From a bacterium (GTDB taxonomy: Bacteria; Patescibacteriota; Patescibacteriia; JBDRHN01): a stretch of 55,545 nt of DNA. The notes below the pieces were generated by a model. It worked only from the letters and a program-made list of their open reading frames with translations, was not told the DNA's origin and did no database searches. The translations under genes were made by a program, and so were the position numbers. Below are positions 18,009 through 25,143 of this stretch, piece by piece (position 1 is the first letter of the stretch; each line of letters starts with the position of its first letter). The stretch is from assembly GCA_043816765.1 (NCBI GenBank), contig JBDRHN010000065.1, forward strand, positions 1-55,545, in the 5' to 3' direction.

Positions 18009-19886
18009 TCAATCCCTTGTCGGCGGAATTTCATAATATTTTAAAATAAACTCTGCTAATTTTTTAAAAATAGGCGCTGTTGTCTGAGACGCAAACTTGA
18101 TTCCTTCTCCTTTCGGATTATTAATTTTTATTAAAACCACAAACTGCGGATCATCAATAGGACCAAATCCTGCAAATGAATGATTAAACTTATCTTCAGA
18201 ATATCCGCCGCCAGCATCGGAAACCTGCGCCGTTCCAGTCTTTCCAGCCAAATGATACCCCTTAACACCAGCCATCTTAGAATGACCCTCATTAATAACA
18301 GAAACAAGCATAGCCTTTAGCAACGTTGCCGCTCTCGGTGAAATAACCTGCCTTATCTGCTTTGGCATCGTCTTTGTTCTTTTGCCTTCAAAATCAACAA
18401 TTTCATCAACTAAATAAGGTTTCATCAATTTCCCGTCATTGGCAATAGCTGCAAAAGCGTTAATCATCTGAATGGGCGTAACAGTAATCCCCTGCCCAAA
18501 AGACGCGGTAAAAGTATAAACATCATTCAAGTTCTCCAAAGAATTAATGTCGCCAAGCGCCTCTCCGCCTAATTCAATTCCAACCTTGCTCCCAAAGCCG
18601 AATTTTTTGACATAATTTAAAAATTCTTCATTCCCAACCTGCTTAGCCGCAAAAATCGCTCCAGTGTTCAAAGACTTTTCCAGTACCTGTGTCATGGTTT
18701 GCCATCCATTTGCCATGCCATCAGAATTTCTAATCGTGAAACGGTCAACCTTAATAAAACCTTCGTCGTTATATTTTGTATCCGGCGCAACCTTGTCTAA
18801 ATCAAGAGCCGACGCCATAGTAACAGCCTTAAATATTGAACCGGGTTCATAAGTATGTAAAATAGCTTGATTATTAAATACGCTTATATTCCCGCCAGCC
18901 TTACTATAAGTATTAGGATCAAAATCAGGATAATTAACCATTGCTAAAATGGCCCCGGTTCTTGGCTGCATCACTATAATTGTACCCTCTTCTATCTTAT
19001 AATCGCCAACCGCTTTTTGCAAATATTCATAAGCCTTAAACTGTATCGCGCGATCAATCGTAAGATACAAATCAGAACCATTTTTTGCTTCAACAAAATC
19101 AACATTCCCCAAAATAATTGGATTCCCTTTGGCTCCCTCTTCGCCATATAAATGCCCTGAGGTTCCCGCTAAAATATCATCAAAATACCCCTCCAAACCG
19201 TATTGTCCGATACTTTTTTCCTCATCATAACGGACAAAACCCAAAATGTGGCTCTCTATATTATTATCGGGGTAATAACGTCGCAACTCCTTCGCATCAT
19301 AAATTCCTGTAATTTTAAATTGATTAATTTCGTCAACGGTTTCTATGTCAACCTTTTTCTTTAAAGATTCATAAGGATCATCTTTTTTATTTAATTTACT
19401 TAATAAAATTTTAAAATTCTCATCTTCATCTAATTTTTCCCCCTTTCGAAAAGGGGGGCTGGGGGGATTTTCGCCAACAACCTCTTCTTCTTCTTCTTTA
19501 GCTTCTGCTATTTCTTCTTTGAATAACAAAGGATATATCTCTCGAGCTGCATTGTCCGGTTCTTTAATTAATTTTGGCTGAGCATAAATTAATGCGTATT
19601 CTTTATTAACAGCCAAAGGGAAAAATTTATCATCTCCATTGCCATCTTTTTCTTTGACAAAAATCCTTCCGCGCGAAGGAAATAATTTTTGATAAATTTC
19701 ATGTTGGCCAGAAGCTAAAACGTCATACATATCCCTATGTATCACCTGCAAATCAAACAGCCTTAAAACAGTAATAAGTATTACTGCGATTATAAATAAT
19801 TTTAAAACCGCAACACGCCAATTTTTTATTTTTTCTATTCTTTTTGAATTATTTTTTTTTATATACCTCATGTCTCGCCATTTCAA
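18009..19886 (-). CDS. ftsI: Class B penicillin-binding protein (FtsI/PBP2-type transpeptidase); probable true start is the ATG at 19871
   Basis: 625 aa. N-terminal TM anchor, SxxK (GSIFK), SxN (KSLNTG) and KTGT (AGKTGTA). dcw context. Confidence 0.9.
   Translation of the reverse strand: MKWRDMRYIKKNNSKRIEKIKNWRVAVLKLFIIAVILITVLRLFDLQVIHRDMYDVLASGQHEIYQKLFPSRGRIFVKEKDGNGDDKFFPLAVNKEYALIYAQPKLIKEPDNAAREIYPLLFKEEIAEAKEEEEEVVGENPPSPPFRKGEKLDEDENFKILLSKLNKKDDPYESLKKKVDIETVDEINQFKITGIYDAKELRRYYPDNNIESHILGFVRYDEEKSIGQYGLEGYFDDILAGTSGHLYGEEGAKGNPIILGNVDFVEAKNGSDLYLTIDRAIQFKAYEYLQKAVGDYKIEEGTIIVMQPRTGAILAMVNYPDFDPNTYSKAGGNISVFNNQAILHTYEPGSIFKAVTMASALDLDKVAPDTKYNDEGFIKVDRFTIRNSDGMANGWQTMTQVLEKSLNTGAIFAAKQVGNEEFLNYVKKFGFGSKVGIELGGEALGDINSLENLNDVYTFTASFGQGITVTPIQMINAFAAIANDGKLMKPYLVDEIVDFEGKRTKTMPKQIRQVISPRAATLLKAMLVSVINEGHSKMAGVKGYHLAGKTGTAQVSDAGGGYSEDKFNHSFAGFGPIDDPQFVVLIKINNPKGEGIKFASQTTAPIFKKLAEFILKYYEIPPTRD
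19439..19466. repeat. GC-only C6/G6 palindromic element, in frame within ftsI
   Basis: CCCCC-TTTCGAAAA-GGGGGG-CT-GGGGGG. The gene strand reads ENPPSPPFRKGE (residues 139-150). Confidence 0.9.
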
Positions 19887-19888
19887 AA

Positions 19889-19987
19889 AATAAATTAAGC
19901 GCTAACGCGCGCATTATCTTGGGTAGGTGCCAGCAATTGCTGGCATCTACCCGTGCAATATTCAAATTCCTCTGCAATAAATTAAGC
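19889..19987. repeat. GC-hairpin element with conserved flanks (family copy 1), flanked by a 12-nt direct repeat
   Basis: 5' box GCGCTAACGCGCGCAT, hairpin GGGTAGGTGCCAGCAATTGCTGGCATCTACCC (19921-19952), 3' box GCAATATTCAAATTCCTCTGCAA. AATAAATTAAGC occurs at 19889-19900 and 19976-19987. Confidence 0.85.
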
Positions 19988-20009
19988 CTTACGGCGGTAC
20001 ATGCGTTTT

Positions 20010-20357
20010 CTAACGAACTGCCACAATAGAACTTGCGCGATCAATATGCGCGGCTTGACTGCCGTCAATCATATTAAGTTCAACAATTTTATCGCCGATA
20101 TTAAACATTGATTGAAACTCAAGCGCGTTCACCTCAAGCTGTCTGTTTTTTGCTTCAATTTTTGAAATCTGATTTTTTAAATCATCTATCTTATATCCTT
20201 CGGTGGCAATAAAATTAGTCTGAATTAAATAAACAATGCCCAATACGCACGCGATACCCAAAACAGACAAGTTGAAAAAAGCGGATCTTCCCTGTTTTTT
20301 CTTCATCCTTATTTTTCTGCATTTTTCTTGAGTTTTTGATAATGGAGTCTTAGGCAT
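20010..20357 (-). CDS. ftsL: FtsL-like cell-division protein (single TM plus coiled coil); trimmed from the ORF-track start at 20495
   Basis: The position between rsmH and ftsI; a basic N-terminus, TM SAFFNLSVLGIACVLGIVYLI, then the coiled coil DDLKNQISKIEAKNRQLE. The upstream 46 codons are translated repeats. Confidence 0.55.
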   Translation of the reverse strand: MPKTPLSKTQEKCRKIRMKKKQGRSAFFNLSVLGIACVLGIVYLIQTNFIATEGYKIDDLKNQISKIEAKNRQLEVNALEFQSMFNIGDKIVELNMIDGSQAAHIDRASSIVAVR

Positions 20358-20371
20358 AACTTGCAACTTAT

Positions 20372-20413
20372 AACTTGGAACTTGGAACTTGGAACTTGGA
20401 ACTTGGAACTTGG
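20372..20413. repeat. Tandem heptanucleotide AACTTGG x6
   Basis: Six perfect units in the rsmH-ftsL spacer, followed at about 20448-20490 by GACTTTATG/GACTTTACG words. Confidence 0.9.
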
Positions 20414-20491
20414 AACACAAATTATAAATTTTAAATCCCAATAAACTTTTAACTTTATGGACTTTACGGACTTTATGGACTTTCGACTTCG

Positions 20492-21493
20492 TCACACTCG
20501 TTCCGCCACTCTCATCTTCGCGCTTCTGCTTCGCGGATTATTTTTTACCTCTTCCTCGTTGGGAGTAACAGGTTTTCTAGTTAATATTCTTAATTTTGGA
20601 TAACCCTCGCACTTGCAAATCGGAAACGACGGCGGACAGATGCAAGATCTGCTTTCTTTCGCAAAAAACTGTTTTACAATCCTATCTTCAAGCGAGTGAA
20701 AAGATATTACCGCGACCTTCCCGCCCTTTTCTAAAATTTGCAAAATCTGCGGCAAAACAGCGACTAAATTTTCCAGCTCTTCATTAACAGCTATTCGCAA
20801 CGCCTGAAACACTCTCGTGGCTGGGTGTGTTTTTCTAAAATTAAATTTTAATGGAATATTACCGCTTATTATCTTTGTTAACTTTTGCGTGCTATCAATC
20901 AATTCTTCACCGCGAAATTTTACAATTGCTCTAGCAATCTGTCTTGCAAAAATCTCTTCCCCATATTTCCTAAAAATATTCTCCAACTTTTTTTCCGACC
21001 ATTTATTAATCACCTCAGATGCCTTAAACTTGGAATCTTGATCAAAATTCATATCTAAATAACCATCTTTTTTAAATGAAAAACCTCTGCTGGGTTCATC
21101 AAACTGCCGTGAAGAAACACCCAAATCCAACAAAATACCATGCACCGGCAAGCCAGAAAAATTCTTATTATAAATATCAGTTAAATTTTTAAAATTATCC
21201 TGAACCAAAACTAAATTTTTTGCCATTCCCCCCTGACAAGGGGGGCTAGGGGGGTTTTCCTGTTTGTTGATTTTATCTTTTTTATGCAACAAACCAACTT
21301 TCAATTTTACAGCTTCAATAGCCTCTTTGTCCAAATCAATTCCCAACACTTTCCCTTTTTGCCCAACTCTTTTTAAAATCTCCAAAGTATGACCGCCCCC
21401 GCCCAATGTGCAATCAATAAAATTCTGATTAGGCTTTGGATCCAAAAAGCCAATTACCTCTTTTTTTAATACTGAAATATGATGATAATCCAT
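20492..21493 (-). CDS. rsmH: 16S rRNA (cytosine1402-N4)-methyltransferase RsmH; start moved to MDYHHISVL
   Basis: HISVLKKEVIGFL, the SAM motif DCTLGGGGHT, and ISFHSLEDRIVK. The listed N-terminal 67 codons run through repeat DNA and overlap mraZ. Confidence 0.9.
   Translation of the reverse strand: MDYHHISVLKKEVIGFLDPKPNQNFIDCTLGGGGHTLEILKRVGQKGKVLGIDLDKEAIEAVKLKVGLLHKKDKINKQENPPSPPCQGGMAKNLVLVQDNFKNLTDIYNKNFSGLPVHGILLDLGVSSRQFDEPSRGFSFKKDGYLDMNFDQDSKFKASEVINKWSEKKLENIFRKYGEEIFARQIARAIVKFRGEELIDSTQKLTKIISGNIPLKFNFRKTHPATRVFQALRIAVNEELENLVAVLPQILQILEKGGKVAVISFHSLEDRIVKQFFAKESRSCICPPSFPICKCEGYPKLRILTRKPVTPNEEEVKNNPRSRSAKMRVAERV
21228..21254. repeat. GC-only C6/G6 palindromic element, in frame within rsmH
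   Basis: CCCCCC-TGACAA-GGGGGG-CTA-GGGGGG. The gene strand reads ENPPSPPCQGG (ORF-track residues 146-156). Confidence 0.9.
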
Positions 21494-21498
21494 ACATA

Positions 21499-21653
21499 CT
21501 GTCATCCTGAGCGACTTATAATCAAAACTCAAAAGATAAAAAATTATTATTATTTTATAAAGTTGAAAAATAAAACGATCTAAGCGAAGGATCCCGACGT
21601 TTTTGCAATTACAACGAGATTCTTTTCCGTCAGCCGACGGATCAGAATGACAG
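21499..21653. repeat. Composite palindromic element filling the mraZ-rsmH spacer
   Basis: Outer inverted repeat CTGTCATCCTGA (21499-21510) / TCAGAATGACAG (21642-21653). Inner 16-nt palindrome TCCGTCAGCCGACGGA (21626-21641). Confidence 0.75.
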
Positions 21654-21659
21654 GTTTGC

Positions 21660-22106
21660 CTAGATACTTTCCCCTTCTCCCAAACTCTCACCAAGTCTTT
21701 CCGCTATCTCATCGCTCTGATTTTCTGTCTCTTTTTTATAATCCTCCCATTTATCTTCATCCCAAATTTCAATCCTGTTATACAAACCCGCAATCACCGC
21801 TTTTCTGCTAAGCCCGCTATATTTTCGCAAATACTCAGGCAAAATAATTCTCCCCTGCTTATCTAGCTCAACCTCCATCGCGCCAGCCAACATTAAACGA
21901 GAATACGCTCTAGTATTTTTTTGGCTAACGGGCAGTTTCGCAATCTTTTGCGCAATCGTTTCCCACTCAGATTTTGTATAAAGAAACAAACATTCATCAA
22001 GCCCCCTAGTAACCACAGCGCCATTTGCCAATTCATTACGAAATTTAACCGGTATGGCCAACCGACCTTTTTCATCCATAGAATGATTGTATTCTCCTAA
22101 AAACAT
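21660..22106 (-). CDS. mraZ: Transcriptional regulator MraZ; start moved to MFLGEYNHS
   Basis: Two DxxxR SpoVT/AbrB-like repeats (DEKGRLAIP, DKQGRIILP). First gene of the dcw block. Confidence 0.9.
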   Translation of the reverse strand: MFLGEYNHSMDEKGRLAIPVKFRNELANGAVVTRGLDECLFLYTKSEWETIAQKIAKLPVSQKNTRAYSRLMLAGAMEVELDKQGRIILPEYLRKYSGLSRKAVIAGLYNRIEIWDEDKWEDYKKETENQSDEIAERLGESLGEGESI

Positions 22107-22116
22107 AAATTTATTG

Positions 22117-22163
22117 GCGGGATTTGCAGAGATGAGGCAATGCCTCGTCTCTGCAAATCCCGC
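22117..22163. repeat. 23-bp-stem hairpin 11 nt upstream of the mraZ ATG
   Basis: GCGGGATTTGCAGAGATGAGGCA / TGCCTCGTCTCTGCAAATCCCGC, with one G-U type mismatch. Confidence 0.85.
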
Positions 22164-22166
22164 AAT

Positions 22167-22215
22167 TTTATCCACAGAAAACATTACTTATCCCCACTTT
22201 TATCCACTTTTCACC
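22167..22215 (-). promoter_or_regulatory. Putative MraZ operator: phased AAAGTGG direct repeats upstream of mraZ
   Basis: The gene strand reads AAGGTGAAAAGTGGATAAAAGTGGGGATAAG, with two AAAGTGG boxes exactly 10 nt apart, plus a GTGGATAAA box 22 nt downstream. This resembles published MraZ boxes (AAAGTG[G/T] / TGGGN repeats). Confidence 0.45.
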
Positions 22216-22330
22216 TTATAAATCCATTATAAACCATTTTCATTTAAAAAACAACCACTTCAAATGGTTGTCTAATAATATTATTTTTAGCTAAAATTAG
22301 TAAAAAATAATTTATTTGTGTTTAAGCTGG

Positions 22331-22400
22331 GGATAAAATAGGTGCTAACGCACGCATCGTGGCTGGTTCCCAGCACAGCTGGGAACCAGCGGATAAAATA
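22331..22400. repeat. GC-hairpin element (family copy 2, short form) flanked by a 10-nt direct repeat
   Basis: GGTGCTAACGCACGCATCGTG followed by a perfect 13-bp stem GCTGGTTCCCAGC-ACA-GCTGGGAACCAGC (22362-22390). GGATAAAATA occurs at 22331-22340 and 22391-22400. Confidence 0.8.
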
Positions 22401-22501
22401 TTTATTTAAAATTGTCAGAGTTAAGCTTTTGTTTAAAACTATTAGCAGTTATTAAACTTATTAATTATATACGATTACGATGTGCTTATTAATCCTACCA
22501 A

Positions 22502-23956
22502 TCACTCCCCCCTCCCCCTCAAATTCAAAACCTCCCCAACAAGCCCAACCCTCACTCCCCCAATCAAAAACATCACCCCAAAATACACGGCAACCGCCAA
22601 CGGAATAATAATAAATAGATTCAACCGCGACATAAAATATAGAAACAAAGCCATCACCCCGCTGGCAACTATAGACTTAAGCAAAACAGTAAACTTCGGC
22701 CAACGTTTAACTGTTTTTACAACCATTAGAAAAGACAAAACAGTAATCAAAGTTTCAGAATAAAGAGTTACACCCACAGCTCCCCAATAAGAATACAAAG
22801 GGATAAAAATAAAATAACCAAAAAGCGAAGTAACCGCCGCAAATAAATATCCCCGCATCATACTCTTCTGCTTATCAATAGCAACAACGCTATGGCTGAA
22901 AACATTACCAATATAAATCATCCCAAGAGCGATAATCAAAACGCGAAGAACAGAGCCGGAACCCTCAAACTCTTTACCAGCTATCAAAACCATAATCGGC
23001 TTTGATAAAAAAATAACCCCGACAACTAAAGGCGCCGCGATAATTGTAAGCGCGTCAAACCCCTTTTGCAAAATAGACATAAAACGTTCCTTGTTATTTT
23101 CCGCCCACGCCAAAGACAAAATCGGCAAAAGCAAACCGACAAACAAATATGGAAAAACAGTTAGAACATCAATCGCGCGATAAGCCGCCCCGTAAATTCC
23201 AACAACATCCTGCTTGTAATACAAAGATAAAATTAAAATATCCGCCTTTAGATAAACCAAATTAAAAATAATAGAAAGAGAAAGCGGCCACGATCTCTTG
23301 AAAATTTCTTTCCAAACGGAAAGCTGAACCAAAAAACGCACCCGAACAAATTTACGCGACCAATAAAATAGTAAAACAAAATGAATCAAATGCGACAAAA
23401 CCAAAAACCCCAAAACGCCGTATAAATTCCAATTCTTTATAGTTACCAGATAAACCCCAGCCAAAAAAGACGCCTTTGACACAACATCAGAAATAGCCGG
23501 TTTGTTCATTTCTATATTTTTCTGAAAAACGCTTTGAAGAATCTGAACCAAAGAGATACATAAAAAACCGACACAGCAAATCAAAACGCCATATTTTACC
23601 TGCGCTGGATACGGAAAAAACCAAACAACAATCGGAGCAATACATAACAAAACAAAAACAGAAACCAAACGCAAAGTAAAAATATTACTGAAAATATCAT
23701 TTGTCTTTTGTTGATGAACAACTTCATCTTTATCTGTAATTTCAGAAATTAGCTGAACTGACATTAGATTCAAACCGAGGTCAGCCAAAATACTGAACAA
23801 CTGCAAAAAAGTAAAAATCGTAACATAATTTCCAAAACCTTCTACGCCCAAATAGCGAGTAATTAAACCTAAACTAATCAAACTAAAAAACAGACCGATT
23901 CCCCTTCCGAGAATCTGCCAAAAAGTATTTTTAGCGATTTTATGCGTTAAACTCAT
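22502..23956 (-). CDS. MOP-superfamily oligosaccharide/polysaccharide flippase (Wzx-like)
   Basis: 484 aa, about 12-14 predicted TM segments, N-terminus KNTFWQILGRGIGLFFSL typical of the family. Confidence 0.7.
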   Translation of the reverse strand: MSLTHKIAKNTFWQILGRGIGLFFSLISLGLITRYLGVEGFGNYVTIFTFLQLFSILADLGLNLMSVQLISEITDKDEVVHQQKTNDIFSNIFTLRLVSVFVLLCIAPIVVWFFPYPAQVKYGVLICCVGFLCISLVQILQSVFQKNIEMNKPAISDVVSKASFLAGVYLVTIKNWNLYGVLGFLVLSHLIHFVLLFYWSRKFVRVRFLVQLSVWKEIFKRSWPLSLSIIFNLVYLKADILILSLYYKQDVVGIYGAAYRAIDVLTVFPYLFVGLLLPILSLAWAENNKERFMSILQKGFDALTIIAAPLVVGVIFLSKPIMVLIAGKEFEGSGSVLRVLIIALGMIYIGNVFSHSVVAIDKQKSMMRGYLFAAVTSLFGYFIFIPLYSYWGAVGVTLYSETLITVLSFLMVVKTVKRWPKFTVLLKSIVASGVMALFLYFMSRLNLFIIIPLAVAVYFGVMFLIGGVRVGLVGEVLNLRGRGE

Positions 23957-24171
23957 AAAAATTAGTAAAGCTATTATACAACAATATCCTAAAAAATAAA
24001 ATTCCCATCCTAAAACGGAATTTTATCAACAACTCATCTTTTAGCATCATCGCCTTTTCTTTTTCTCTTTTGGTTTCCGCCAAATCATACGCAAAATTAT
24101 TTTTCGCTTGCAAAATAACATGTCCATACTTTTCCTTGTTTAAATCTCTCATTTAATTTGATATATAACCA

Positions 24172-24621
24172 TTAATCAATAATAAAAGGACTGTCTTCAT
24201 CTGTTTCCCACCTGATTTCATCAACTTCGTCTTTTTTATTTTCACCCCGATATAACTTATTAGGAAGATTTATCACAAGTCCTTGTTCTTCTGATATGCA
24301 TTTGTAGCCATGAACTACGCCTGGAGGGACAATTACGGACACGGGATTGCCCTCGCCAACTTCATAGGTTTTCAACTCCCTAAAACCCTCTTTGCCTTGA
24401 CGATTTTCCCAAAGATAAAGTCTGAATTTTCCTTGTTCCAAAAATATAAAAAAATCGGACTGGTTTTTATGTTCGTGCGGACCGCGCGCGACGCCAGATT
24501 TTGTTACAGAAACATATCCCATTTCCGGTTTTATGTCTGTTTCGTCTATGCGAAAAATTTCGGCTAGCCAACCGCGGTCGTCGTTATATTTTTTTAATTC
24601 TTTAATAATTACACTGTTCAT
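24172..24621 (-). CDS. dTDP-4-dehydrorhamnose 3,5-epimerase-family cupin (RmlC-like); start moved to MNSVIIKEL
   Basis: DDRGWLAEIF, ARGPHEHKNQSDFF, PPGVVHGYKC. The listed N-terminal 35 codons are a translated repeat element. Confidence 0.7.
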   Translation of the reverse strand: MNSVIIKELKKYNDDRGWLAEIFRIDETDIKPEMGYVSVTKSGVARGPHEHKNQSDFFIFLEQGKFRLYLWENRQGKEGFRELKTYEVGEGNPVSVIVPPGVVHGYKCISEEQGLVINLPNKLYRGENKKDEVDEIRWETDEDSPFIID

Positions 24622-24640
24622 AATTTTTAATTTTAATAAA

Positions 24641-24748
24641 TTAGGCGCCAACGTTGCGCATAGAAAGGGCAGATTTGTGGAAACCAAGCGTCCAACGTGG
24701 ACGTTCGGTTTCCACAAACCGTTCAATATTGAAATTCCTGCAAATTTA
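24641..24748. repeat. GC-hairpin element (family copy 3, long hairpin)
   Basis: GGCGCCAACGTTGCGCAT, AGAAAGGGCA, a 49-nt hairpin at 24672-24720 (GATTTGTGGAAACCAAGCGTCCA-ACG-TGGACGTTCGGTTTCCACAAACC), then GTTCAATATTGAAATTCCTGCAA. Confidence 0.85.
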
Positions 24749-25114
24749 CCACAGGGTTAACCCTAATAAAAATGCAACCACTCCGCCAACCAAACTAATT
24801 AATATGCTCCACATTCCCAAATCATAAGTAAAAAACATTATAAAAATAAAAACCATAATACTTATAGTAAGCAATATGCTCTTTTTAATTTTACTTTCAT
24901 CTGGTAAATTTTCCGCAGGTATTTGTTTTTCAAAAAACACGATAAAAATTCCGGTTATAAGACACAAAAGCAAAACATAGTTTAAATTAATATAAGCAAT
25001 GACAAATTTAGGCTTGATCAATTCAAGAAAAAACAGTACTACAAAACTAATAATAGAGACGGTAAAAATGTCCTTGTTGAACTGAATTAAAAAATTTTTT
25101 GCGGATAGATTCAT
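24746..25114 (-). CDS. Small integral membrane protein (about 4 TM), function unknown
   Basis: 122 aa, strongly hydrophobic segments, co-oriented in the glycan cluster. Confidence 0.5.
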   Translation of the reverse strand: MNLSAKNFLIQFNKDIFTVSIISFVVLFFLELIKPKFVIAYINLNYVLLLCLITGIFIVFFEKQIPAENLPDESKIKKSILLTISIMVFIFIMFFTYDLGMWSILISLVGGVVAFLLGLTLW

Positions 25115-25143
25115 GTTTTTTGAAATATCATTTTTTTTATCTT

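Noticed and set aside
19889-19987. Integron attC sites. The GC-hairpin family has conserved ends, a variable palindromic centre and contains GCTAAC.
   Set aside because: The ends do not fit RYYYAAC / GTTRRRY and are not complementary to each other. The flanking genes are housekeeping (ftsI, iscS, mraZ) rather than cassettes, and no intI is present.
20358-20495. N-terminal extension of the ftsL-like ORF (KVHKVRKVHKV..SKFQVPSSKFQVPS).
   Set aside because: The periodic peptide is a translation of the tandem AACTTGG x6 and GACTTTATG word repeats in the rsmH-ftsL spacer.
21494-21694. N-terminal 67 codons of the rsmH ORF, which overlap the mraZ 3' end.
   Set aside because: The extension starts at TTG, runs through the palindromic spacer element and has no similarity to RsmH. 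The conserved RsmH N-terminus starts at MDYHHISVL (21493).
22167-22400. Replication origin. The region has a cluster of DnaA-box-like 9-mers, including a perfect TTATCCACA at 22168-22176.
   Set aside because: Gene orientation does not switch here, since both sides are on the minus strand. No dnaA or dnaN is nearby. The boxes coincide with the 10-nt phased AAAGTGG pattern expected for an MraZ operator directly upstream of mraZ.
23940-24152. 70-aa ORF between the RmlC-like gene and the flippase (MRDLNKEKYGHVILQAKNNFAYDLAETKREKEK...).
   Set aside because: The first 45 residues look plausibly protein-like, but the C-terminal part overlaps the flippase start and I recognise no family. The evidence is insufficient to call it.
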